DNA of 64,000 bases from the human T2T-CHM13v2.0 reference genome, Homo sapiens. The stretch lies in assembly GCF_009914755.1 (NCBI RefSeq), contig NC_060939.1; one strand, 5' to 3'. Below are positions 14,796 through 29,486 of this stretch, one piece after another; the stretch's first letter is position 1; every line of letters begins with the position of its first letter. The position numbers and the translations under genes were made by a program. The notes under the pieces were generated by a model. That model was given only the letters and a program-made list of their open reading frames with translations. It was not told where the DNA came from and searched no databases.

Positions 14796-15161
14796 TGATA
14801 TGGTTAGGCTTTGTGTCCCCACCCATATCTCATCTTGAATTATAATTCCCATAATCCCCACATGTTGAGGGAGAGACCTGGTAGGAGGTGACTGGATCAT
14901 GGGGCAGTGTCCCCATGCATTTCTTATAATAGTGAGTGAGTTCTAATGAGATCTGATGGTTTTATAAGTGTCTGACAGTTCCTCCCTTACACACTTGCCC
15001 TCTTGCCTGCTGCCATGTAAGACATTCCCTTCTGCCATGATTGTAAGTTTCCTGAGGCCTCCCCAGCCATGTTGAACTGTGAGTCAATTAAACCTCTTTC
15101 CTTTATAAATTACCCAGTCTTGGGCAGTTCTTTATAATAGTGTGAAAACGGACGAATTACA
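14796..15161 (+). mobile_element. THE1 (THE1D-like) MaLR solo LTR
   Basis: Runs TGATATGGTTAGGCTTTGTGTCCCCACCC...ACA, with 5-bp TSD TATAC at 14791-14795 and 15162-15166. Confidence 0.9.
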
Positions 15162-16086
15162 TATACCAACTCACATACATACATCTATATTTATTTGTGT
15201 TTACTTTCTGTATACACGCTTAAAATTTTAATTCATGCTGATACCTTCAACTCCAGTTTTGCACCACAGGGATTATTCTAGCATTTCCCCTTTGCTTATT
15301 TGTAATTTCTTTCTCCCACAGTGAGAAACCTGACTCTCATTCTCTACACTATATTTATGTATTTATTATACATATATAGTAGTTTCCAAATTGCTAATCC
15401 ATACTCCTGTGAGAAACAAATTTACCAAATAGAATACAGTGTTTGTATACAGTTATTTTTATCTTTATTCTCACATTATCCAGCCAGAATGCTTTTTTCC
15501 AAAGTTAGTTGTCAGGTCTTTTCTTCTGTATATCCCCATCAATCTACTGTGCCATTTCATTTGTACCACAGTTAGATTCATTTTGTCACAGTTCACATTC
15601 CATCTTGGGTTTCCCTGATATCCTAGTTATTTGCATTTAATTTGTATACAGTAAAATTCATTCTTTGTGTTGCAGTTTTGTGGATTTTGAAAAATGCATA
15701 GAGTCACATATCTACCAACAGCAGTTCTGTGACCACCCCCGCACCCCCAATTTTTTTGTGCTGCCACTTTGTAGTCAGCCTCTCTTCCAAGCCCCAAATC
15801 CTGGCAACCCCTAATGTGTGTTCTATCCCTTTAGTTATTAGCCTTTTCCAGAGTATCATATACATGGAATCATATAATATGTAGCCTCTTAGGTCTGGCT
15901 TCTTTCATTTAGCAAAATACATTTTAAGTTTCATCCATTTGTTGCATAAATCCTTAGTTTATACCTTTTTGTTGCTGAGTAGTATTCTATTATATGTACA
16001 CGATTTGCTTATTCATTTATCTGTTGTGGGACATCTGGGTTGTTTGCAGTTTCAGTCAATCGTGAATAAAGCTACTACATTTACAT

Positions 16087-16092
<6 letters not shown>

Positions 16093-16119
<27 letters not shown>

Positions 16120-16132
16120 CTCTGTGTGTGTG
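16093..16132. repeat. (TG)n microsatellite, interrupted
   Basis: Read directly from the sequence. Confidence 0.95.
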
Positions 16133-18429
16133 TATACATAAGTTTTCATTTCACTTGAGTGAATACCTAGGAGCAGGATTATGGGCCTTATCTTAAGTGT
16201 ATAGTTAACTTTATAAGAAACTGTTAAACTATTTCTAAGTGAATGTACAATTTTGCATTCCTGCCACCAATATATAAGAATTTTTGCTGTTCTGCATCCT
16301 TGTCAGCACTTGATATTGTGCAGTATATTTTTGCCTTTTATCTGTTCTAATGTATGTGTAGTGGCATCTTGTGTTTTTCTAATGACTCATAATGTTGAGC
16401 ACCTTTTTATATGTCATCCTTATATGTTTGTGAAAAGGTAGCTGGTCTCTTTTATTTCTCTGTATTTTCTTCTTTTATGATCAGCCAAGTAGATAGTCTT
16501 TCCAATATCTTTTTGACCAAATTAGCTGTTATTATCTCTGACTATTTAGCTATGCTTTATAATAAAATACACATTTTCATATATGAGTTTTGGTTATCTG
16601 TAACTATTCCAAGGGAAGGTATGTATAGTTTTATATAGGTGAGTATTTGAATGATAATTTTATTGTTGTCTAAAGCTAGATTGCATCGTAGGAATCTATC
16701 CAAAGATTACATCTGTGACTGAAAAAACATGTAAAACAAGACGAAGTGTAATAAATACTGCTAGTGCTGAAGATTGGCATTGGATTGACAAATGTTACTC
16801 TAGAAAAATAAATTTTAGAGTCTTTGGTGAGATCTTTTCACCTTTGAGTATCAAATGGACAAAGAAACCTGATACTGTCTTAGGATATCTGTCAATATGG
16901 ACAAACTTTGGTATGTTCTTACAACTAATCAGTTAATATTAGGTGAAAGAGATTAGAAATGAATGTTTTTAAACTTGGGCTACTTTATATAAACATTTAA
17001 ACTAGCAACTTAAAATACTTAGGACTTATATTTAGTTTCTGTCAGAATGGAATGAAGACATAGCAAGTTTCAGTGGTAGTTTTCTACCCTATTTAAGCCT
17101 GATACTTACTATTTCTTTTTGTAAAGACCTATGTTTAACCCATTAGAATATGTGCGGGGATGCCATGTTATTTAATTAGGCCTTTCTATTTGTTTGCTGT
17201 ATAACAAATAGAAAGTTATACAGCAAACTGTATAGCTGCTGTATAGTTCTTGCCCTTTTAAGAACTTTACTATATTACACAAAATAATATGCTTAGATTT
17301 GGAAAATACTGTATGCCTAGATTTGGAAAATAATATATGCCTTAAAGGATAGCATTCCTGTCACATTATGTGAGTAATTATGATTGATTCTGTTGATAAT
17401 TCTAATTAGCTAAGTGAGTTCCCTATTTCAGTAGGAGATTGTTTCCTATTTCAGTAGGAGAAAGCCAAACGAAACAATGTTTTATTTACATATTCAGATT
17501 CTGAAAATAACTTTAGTATTAGAAGTCATTACATATGGGAAGATGACTTTTTCTGCTTTAGAATAAGCGTACCTCTTTAAATGTCCTATTTAATAGTGTG
17601 ATCACATGACTGATATTTCTAATGGCTAAACCCAGTGTTGTTATTATGATGATGATGACAGTCTTTGATTTAAACCAAAGCCATTATAGAAAGGTCTGCC
17701 CTTTCCAATATAAAACTTATAAAACATATATATATAAATTACATTGGATGTAACTTGTGTATATATAACTTACATTAATGACTGCTGTAGTCATTGTATA
17801 TATCTTACATTGTTGTCCCTTCTCAGGCCATATTTGTAAATGAGATGTATTTTTTGTTTGTTTTTTATTGATCCTTATTCCTAGAAATGTAAATGAGATG
17901 TAAATAAGACCAACTGTTTTCCAAGACTTGTAAAAGTAGAAAAATTACTATATATACATATATTATAAATATATATTTTATTTCCTTTTTCCCTTCTCTT
18001 GAAAAGCAGGAAAAAAAAGAAGAAAGAATGTGGGTTTTTATTTGTTCTGTAAGGCCTTGATAGCAGCCTACTTCCTTGTTTATAGGAGACTAGGAACTTT
18101 GTGACTTCAATTGAGTATGCTTTAGAACCTGAAACATAATAAAGTGGCACCTGCTAGCAGTTTTGCATGTATGACAGTTGACATTATTAATTTCACTTTC
18201 ATTGTTGAAATCAGCACTTCTGAAATTGGGGTATTGAAGAAGGATGGAATTTAACTTCTTTTGAACAGCTGTTCTTTGGTTGACTCTGACTCAGACACTT
18301 TGTTTCTTTATTATTTTATTTAATTCTTAAATTTAATCCTCACAATTTATTTAGTCTTCACAATTAGCCTACAAAGGAGGCGTGATTACACACATTTTAC
18401 AAACAAAATTTATTCAAAGGAACACAGCA

Positions 18430-18726
18430 GGCCAGGCGCGGTGGCTCATGCCTGTAATCCCAGCACTTTGGGAGGCTGAGGCGGGCAGATCACAAGGTCA
18501 GGAGTTCGAGACCAACCTGACCAACATGGTGAAACCCTGTCTCTACTAAAAATACAGAAATTAGCCGGGCGTGGTGGTGCGCACCTGTAATCGCAGCTAC
18601 TTGGGAGGCCAAGGCAGGAGAATCAATTGAACTCAGGAGGCGGAGGTTGCAGTGAGCTGATTGTGCCATTGCACTCCATCCTGGGTGACAGAGCGAGACT
18701 GTCTCAAAAAAAAAAAAAAAAAAAAA
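18430..18726 (+). mobile_element. AluS
   Basis: Full dimer with A tail. Confidence 0.95.
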
Positions 18727-18755
18727 GGAAATTCACACTTTTATCAACTATACTA

Positions 18756-19078
<323 letters not shown>

Positions 19079-19131
19079 GTGATGAGAAGTGTTAGAAAAT
19101 CTCTCTAAACTTAAGCCTGTGGGAGGGAAAC

Positions 19132-19203
19132 TAATAATTAGACAAGACTGAAATTTCAACCTTATGTTTAATTAATAATTAGACAAGACTGAAATTTCAA
19201 CCT
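19132..19203. repeat. Perfect 31-bp direct repeat (period 41)
   Basis: taataattagacaagactgaaatttcaacct at 19132-19162 and 19173-19203. Confidence 0.95.
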
Positions 19204-22118
19204 CACGGGGCTTCACTTTTGGAAAACCTGTTTTATGTGTGTTATACAAGAGAACTGTCAGTATAATACCTATTAATGCTAATCATATGGCTAAATATCC
19301 ATTTGATATCTTGGAAAAGATTATCTAATAACATTACTGATAATTGTTTCCTTAGAAACAAATTATCTGTGAATCAGAAATAATGCACATATCTGCATTG
19401 CTGTTAGCAGTAAAAATACTCATCTCAAAAATTTAACACTGCAAATGTAACTTTCTGATAGTCCAATTAAACTCTTAAAATGATACTTAGTATAATATTT
19501 GTAAAACAAACTCATATAGCTGCAAATAATACTTTTAAACTGTTTTGTCAATAAACTCATTTTATTGTAGATCAGTAAATTCTATTTCCATAGTGATTAA
19601 ACCGTCTTTATCTTAATGGTATTGATAGTAATATAGTAATGTTATACTGTGAACATTAATAACTTCATGTAGAATTGTCAGTTGTAAGGGTTTTTCTTAA
19701 TATTTTTGTTATATTAGCAGTCTTATTGTATACTTAATATAAATTTATCTATAGTCCAGTCATTATTTAGTATTTATTTCCAGCATATTAATATTCCCAA
19801 ATCAATAAAATACATAACATGTTTCAAGGATAATGAAATTGTATAGACAGTTGTTTCAGTATATATAAGCAGTCAAACTGTAGATTTTCTGTTGAAAAAG
19901 TGATAAATGTTAGTTGACATTTGGTAAGGAAAAAGTCCAATAATTTAATATTTTTTTTAATAACATCCTAGGGTAAAGTATGTTGTAATACTAAGTAGTA
20001 TATATAAAAGTAGTATCTGAGTCTGTGTATTTATTTCAGTGTTATAAGTAGAACAACAAAGTTAGAAAGCTGCAATGGAAAGCAAAGCCTTTGTAAGTAA
20101 TCACAAGACTTGGGTCTAGTGTTGGTGCAGCCAGAACTAGTTGTGTGACTTTGGACAAGTCATTAAACTCTAGATCTTATTTTTTTGTTGTTCTTCTTTA
20201 CAAATAAGCTGGTTGGATTACGGTTTTTAAGATTATTGCCAGTTCTGTGATTCTTTTTTGTTTTCACTTGTTTAAATTGTGTTAAAATACACGTAATATA
20301 AAATTTACCATCTGAACTATTTTTAAGTATATAGTTCAGTGGTATTAAATACATTCATAATGTTGTGCATCCATTTCCATTACTCTTTCAATCTTGTAAA
20401 CCTGAAACTCTGTACTGATTAATCAGTAACTCCCCAGTTTTCCCTTCCCCCACTCCCTGGCAACCACCAGTCTACTGTGTGTCTTTATGATTTTGAATAA
20501 GTACCTCATACAAATGGAATTATAGTATTAGTGTTTTTGGTGACCAGTTTATTTCACTTAGTATAATGTCCTCAAGGTTCATCTATGTTGTAACATATAT
20601 CATAATTTCCTTTCTTTTTAAGGCTGAAAAATATTTTGTTGTATGTATATACCACATTTTACGTATTCATTCCATTGATACACTCTTGGGTTGCTTGCAC
20701 ATTTTGGCTATTGTTAATAATGCTGCTGTGAACACAGGTGTACCAATATTTCTTTGAGAGCCTGTTTTAAGTTCTTTAGGGATATACTGAGAAGTGGAAT
20801 TGTTGGATCGTATGGTAAACTCTGTTTTTAAATTTTTGAGAAACAGTCATACTGTTTTTCCAGAGTGGCTGTACCATTTTGTTTTTCTTATTTTTTAAAT
20901 TTATTTTTCTTTCTTTTATACAAACCTGCACATGTAAGTGGCTGTACAATTTTACATTCTCATCAACACTGCACAAGAGTTCCATTTTCTTTACATCCTT
21001 GTCAGCACTTGTTATTTTCTGTTTTTTGATAATGGGTATGAGGCAGTATCTCATTGTAGTTTTGATTTGTGTTCGTTAATGATTTATGATGTTGAGCATC
21101 TTTTCATGTGTTTCTTGGCCAATTATGTGTATATTCTTTGATGAAATGTCTATTCAAGTTCTTTGCCCAGTTTTGAATTCGGTCGTTTGCTTTTTGTTGT
21201 TGAGTTTTAAAAGTTATCTATATATTCTGGATATTAATCCCTTATCAGATACATAATTTGCAAATATTAGCTCCTATTCTGTGAGTTGCCTTTTTACTCT
21301 GCTGATATTGTCTTTTGATGCACAACATTTTAAGTTTTTCATGAAGTCCAAATTGTCTATTTTCTCTTGTTGCTTGTGTCTTTGAGTAATATCCAGGAAA
21401 TCATTACTAAATCCAATATTGTGAAGCTTTTGCCCTGTTTTCTTCTAAGAATTTTATAGTTTTAGAATTTATGTTTAAGTCTTTCATCTATTTTTGCATA
21501 TGGTAAGGATCCAGCTTCACTCTTTTGCATATGGAGATCCAGTTTTCCCAACACCATTTGTTGAAAAGACTGTGCTTTTATTCCCCTTTGGGTGGTCTTG
21601 CCACCCTTGTCAAAAATTATTTGATTATATATTTGAGAGTTCATTTCTAGGCCCTCTAGTGTATTCCATTGATCTATATGTCTATGCCAGTACCATACTG
21701 TTTTGATCATTCTAACTTTTGAAATCAGAAAGTGTGAGTCTTCCAACTTGGTTCTTTTTTAAGATTGTTTTGGCTATTTGAGGTCCTTTGAGATTCCATG
21801 TGGATTTTTGGTTAGGTTTTTCTATTTCCGTGAAAAACATGTCATCAGGATTTTGATAGTGATTGCATTGAATCTGTAGATTGCTTTGTGTAGTGCTGAC
21901 ATTTTAACAATATTATGTCTTCCAATCCATGAACATGCGATATGTTTCTATTTATGTCTTCTTTAATTTTGTTCAGCAGTGTTTTGTAATTTTCATTTTA
22001 CATGTCTTTCACCTCCTTGGTTAATTTCTAAGTATATTATTCTTTTTGATGCTATAATAAATGGAATTACTTTTGTCATTTTCTTTTCAGATTGTTCATT
22101 GTTATTATATAGAAATTA

Positions 22119-23320
<1,202 letters not shown>

Positions 23321-26269
23321 GCAACTGATTTCTGTTCATATCCTGCTCCTTTGCTGAATCCATAGTTGATTTTTTTTATAGTGAAAGGTTTAAAATAATT
23401 TCACATTCCTGTTTGTGTATTTTCTATAGCTACTTTCTTTGTGGTTACCATGGGATTACAATTAACATCCTAGGTTATAACACTCTAATTTGAGCTTATA
23501 AAAGTTTAACTTCAATAATATCCAAAAATCCTGCTCATCTACAGCTTTATTCCCACACCTGTCAGTTGTTGGTGTCACAAATTACATCCTTATACATTAT
23601 GTACCCACAAACAAACTGTTAAATGCGGTAGTCTCTTAGGTTGTATAGAAAACAAAAAGTGAAGTTACAGACCATTATTACAACAATAGTAGGTTTTATG
23701 ATTGCCCATGTAGTTACTTTTATTGAGATATTTATTTCTGGTGTTCTTTCATTTTACCTTATAGGTTTCCATTGATCATTTCTTGCAGGGCAGGTCTAGT
23801 GGTAATGAATTCCTTCAGCTTTTATTTATCTAGGAATATCTTAATGTCTCCTTCACCTTTGAAGGACACTTTTGCCGGATATAGGATTCTTGTTTGACAG
23901 ATTTTTTTGTTTGTTTGTTTGTTTGTTTTCCTTCTAGCACATTGAATATGTCAACCCACTGCCTCTGGCCTCCAAAGTTTCTGATGCGAAACATGATGAT
24001 AACCTTCTTGAGAGTCCCTTGTATATGATAAGTCTCTTTCTTACTGATTTTAAGATCCTCACTTTGTCTTTGGCTTTCGATAGTTTCATTATACTATATC
24101 CCAATATGGGTCTCTGAGTTCATGCTACTTGGAGTTTGTTGAGCTCCTGGGATGTTTATACTCGTGTCTTTCATCAAACTTTGGAAGTTTTTCATCATTA
24201 TTCATGTGATCTCTTTGCCTCTTTCTCTTTTCTCCTCCTTTCAAAACTCCCACAATGTATATACTCATCCAATTGATGGTGTCCCACAGATCTCTTAGAT
24301 TCTCTTCATTTTTCTTCAGTCTTTTTTTTTTCTGTTCCTCAGAGTCATAGTTGCAATTGTCCTATCTTAAAGTTAGCTGATTCTTCAGCCTGCTCAGGTA
24401 TGCCTTTGAATCTATATAGTGAATTTTTCATTTTGTACTTCTCAGCTCCAGAATTTCTCTTTGGTTCTTTTTTAGGTTCTGTAGCTCTACTGATACTTAC
24501 ACGTTTTTCATACATCATTTTCTTGATTCTGTCTGCACCTTCCTTTAGTTCTTTGCACATCTTTAAGACAGCATTTAAAGAGCTATGGTAGATTTGCCAT
24601 CAGGTCTTTTTCAAGGACGATTTCTATGATTTATTTTTTGCCTTTGAATGTGCCATACTTTCCTGTTTCTTTGTATGCCTTGTGATTTTTTGTTGTTGTT
24701 GAAAACTAGACATTTAAATCTATTAATGTGCTAAGTCTGGAAATCAGATTTTCTCCTTTCACTAGGGCTGGTTGTTTTAGTATTATTTTTGTTTATTGTT
24801 TTTGGTTTTTGTAGACTGGGTAAGGAAACAGGGATCAGCCTATGTCAGAGATAGAAATATAAACTTAAGGTCTTCCCAGGTATTTTCTTTGCATCTTTTC
24901 CTGGACATGCATGATCATTTTCCAGTTTTGTCCATATTTACAGTTGTTTTTGAATGTCCCAGTCTTCAATGTCTGGCTCCCAAAAGGAGAAAAAGAGAAA
25001 AATAAATACAGGAAGAAAAATTGGCTCTGGCCCTTTAAGTTCCCTGGAAGTCATTTCAGGGGAGCAGGGGGGCTCTTGCAACACCGGGAGGAGGTGCAAC
25101 AACAATGGCTGGCAGCCTCTTTGACTACACCCATGTGATCTTTGGCAACAATCAGTGATCAGAGTACAGATCTCCATACCTGGAGGACAAGGTCCTTTTT
25201 GCCTACGTGGGCTCCTGCAAGCTGAGTACAAACTGCTCCAGGAGCACATGCACAGCTGCCTGCCAGGGAGCTAGGAGTGGAGGATGGCTTGCTGCAACAG
25301 TGTTAAGAGCTGAAAATGACCCAAATTAATGCACTTTATCATTTAGTCCTTCTCTTGGAAGTTGCAAGCCTTCAGTGGACTACAGAGTTCCAAGATAATT
25401 ACTTTAGACAGATTCTGCCAGTGCAGTTGTTGTCTAAGTTGGGAGACAGATTCCTGGTGGTTCCTACTTTGTCATCTTTCTTGAATCCCTCTGTGATTTC
25501 TTATGGCAGAAATTATGTTAATAGTAAACTCAACATAAGTGATATAGTTTTTTGGTTCCTAATAAATCAGATTTTTGTTTTTTGTGTTTAGAATGGCAGC
25601 CCAAGATAACTATGCTGGTGGTTCTATGGCTTATGGTGCTACATATACCCATAGTGATATAATATGTCTAAAAAGGTATGATTATTGGTATTAGGAATAA
25701 AAGCTTCATTAGCCAAATATTTTAAAGCTTTTTTTTTTCTTTTTTGCAGGGCAGAGGTGGAGAGGGGTTAGATTATTTCATCTGCCCTACAGTTGGCATA
25801 ATAAAGAGTAAGCCCTTAGTTTTGGGAATGTATGCAGTAAGCTAGGCATCCTTGCGTCGGCTGTCATAGAAGTCCCTGTCCTCTTAGTCTTCAGTAAACA
25901 TTAGGATATACCAGGACTTATATTCTGTACCACAGAGTTCAGCATTCAATTAAATATGGTCTTATATCATAGTCTAAATAATTTGTTAATAATTATAAGG
26001 TTTTGAGGGGCAGTTGTTATGCCTCTTGTTTGTACACACAGTGCCTAGTAGGTATTCAGTAAACACTTGTTGATTAGGTTATCATGTATAAGCAATAATT
26101 TTTTTGTGGAATAATGAAGGTCTTGAAACTTGAGTAGACATTAGACTGAAAGTATGCACAACTTCCTGTGAATTATGTGTAAATTTGTAGATTTGAACTT
26201 TGACTTGCATACTAAGGATTCTTTTACTGATTTCAGAGTGGTAGTGCTGATATTTCCTAACATTTACTG

Positions 26270-26500
26270 AGTACTCTCTCTGTGCCTGGCATCGATCTAA
26301 ACAATTTACGTACATTAACTCATTTAATACTACATTATGAAGTATTCTTTAAATCCATATGGTATATGAGGAAACTAAGATATAAACAAGTTAAACTTTT
26401 TCTTAAATACACAGAGTTAATAAGTGATAGAGCCAGGATTCAAACCCAGAAAAAAACAGCTAAAAGCCTACATCCTTAACTTCTATGTTATACTGCCTCC
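26270..26500 (-). mobile_element. MIR
   Basis: atgaggaaactaaga and agagccaggattcaaacccag core motifs. Other MIR pieces lie near 150-275, 36000-36200, 37000-37400 and 45060-45210. Confidence 0.7.
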
Positions 26501-27216
26501 CAGTGTTACATATATGACGTTTCCAATTTTTATTGGACTTAAGGGCCTAAATTCATCAAACCTCCCTCCTCTAAACACATACACGTGTGCACGCATGCAC
26601 AGACACACACACACCTATTTTAATCTTTTGTTATTAGATACAGTTATTAGACCATCTTGGGATCATGGCGTTTTCTGTAACTTAAACTACCTACCTTTAG
26701 GTGAATTGAGTTAGAATTGAGTATTTGACACAAATATTACTTCTATTCCAGATTATGAACATTTCAAAACTCTATTTCATAAGTAATAAACATGATTTTG
26801 GCAATATTCCAAACACTGCTGTTGTTGGAAGTGTTAGGTTAGATAGAATTCTGAGTACTTTATTAAGTTAAATAGACACTGACAAAGGAATATTTTTATA
26901 AAGATCTGATAAGCCTTCTGGTCTGTATAAACCCTGTCTGTCCTACAAGTGTACAAATGTAGAAGATAGCAAAATCTGAGAAATATTATAGTCAATTAGT
27001 CACTCCTAAAATGTAGCGTTTTTACTTTGTCCATAGTGTTTATTGCAAAACAGCATAGGAATAATGGAGTCTTAAGAGTAAAGCTCAGTTGCCAAATAGG
27101 AAAGCTTATACTAAAATGGATTCCAATTTCTTAGTGAAAATCAAAACTTGATTGCATAGAAAGTATAAGAATTTCATGTTCATGCACATCCCTGATCCAT
27201 AAATCAGGACTTTTAA

Positions 27217-27567
<351 letters not shown>

Positions 27568-29178
27568 AAGAGTGAGCTTTCTAATTAGTATATTCTTGAG
27601 TCGGATGTTAGTAGGGAAAAATGTGTATGTGTATAAAATATATATAATTATTGCCTAACTAAATCAAGGATGATTTATTGTTTAAATGCAATTTGAGTCA
27701 GTAGACCATGTGTAAGAGAGACATTTTTGCTAAGTCTCTAAGATTATGGGGAATATTTGTTACAGCCCCAGGCCTAGTAGATTATCCTGACTAACTAATA
27801 CCCTATAGAAAGGGTATCCAGATAATCATTAGAGACCCCTATTTGTATTGGAGAGAGAACATCAGTATTAGTGAAGCCCTATGATAACTCAAGTCACTAG
27901 TCTTAAATATGATTTGTTCAATGAAGAGCTGATACTAGAGTAGGTGTGTCAGAGAAAGCTTTCTAAGTATGCACAAAAACACAGTATTTGTTAGAATGAA
28001 CTGTTAGACAACTAAATCAGGAGAGTCATGAACTTTCTTTTTTCATATGACAGAAAAAAATTAGATAATCTTTTTTGAGTGAACGCTGTGAGCCGAACAT
28101 AAACCTTGCAAGAAGCAGCAAGATCTGCAAGTATAGCTAAACCATCATTTAAAAAACAGTCTTTGTGTGCAGCAAACTTGGGCATATATGCTGACCTTAT
28201 ACTGATAATTTCAATTTTGTTCTCACCCTTTGTTGGTTGTCCATGATAGTGTTAAATATGACTGACTAATCTGTATGGTTATAAAAGCACATTAAGGAAT
28301 ATAGGTTTAGTATGGTAGCATCAATCCCTTTTGTATTTTTATACATGAGAAAATTCCGCTTTTATTTTTATGAGCTTATGTGGAAACTGGGTAAGGTAAA
28401 CAATGATATGTAAGAATATGACTGCTAGTAGAAGTAAATATAGGTAAGTTGCATGTTTTCTAGGAAGAGTTATTAGAGTACTGAAAATTGTCACATAAAG
28501 TATTTTCAGTTGATCTGCTAATAGATGCATTGAAAGCTAGCATTTGACATTTAAGCCTACTCTTAAAATAGTAGAGAAAGCTAGGAGGAAAGTTTTTCTT
28601 CTCCAAGGCATTATGTTCTTTCTCTACTGAAGTATTATGCTTTTCCTTCCCATAATCTGTCTGATAACATTTTTATTTTCTATGTATCTTCTTTGTATTT
28701 TATAGCACTGTGAGGAACTATAAGTTGTCAAAACCAGTATGTATGGATTGAAGAGTGACAGAAAGGGTAAATATATAGATGAACTATATTAATTGTATCA
28801 GACAATTTTTATGAGCTCTAAAATGTATGTGGAATTAAAACTCATGATATCAGCAACTCAAAAAGTGGGAAGGGTATACATAAAGTGTTTTAAGGTCTTA
28901 GAGTTAGCTATAAAGTGATGGAAGTACTGATTTGTATTAGACTGTAATTAGCAAGGATGGTTTTAATCATTAGGGTAACCATGATTGAAACAGTAAAAGA
29001 ATTATTAGCTGGCAAAAGAAATTGAATAATGAAAACTACTTGATAAAATCAAAAGAAGGCAAGAGAGAAGAGAAAGAATATAAAACAGGTTAATTGGAAG
29101 AAACAAACAATAGGCTAATGGATAAAATTTAAAATATATTAATGACATCAAGTGTAAATGGTTTAAATATTCTAGTAA

Positions 29179-29486
<308 letters not shown>

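Larger units (their letters stand above)
13635..16435 (-). mobile_element. L1MC-like 3' region interrupted by the THE1 LTR and a (TG)n
   Basis: Same 3'UTR motifs as 6380-8460. Confidence 0.75.

Noticed and set aside
20040-20092. Possible 53-nt exon (tttcAG ... TTT|GTAAGT)
   Set aside because: Short pyrimidine tract and poor exonic donor bases; such pairs are expected by chance in 45 kb.
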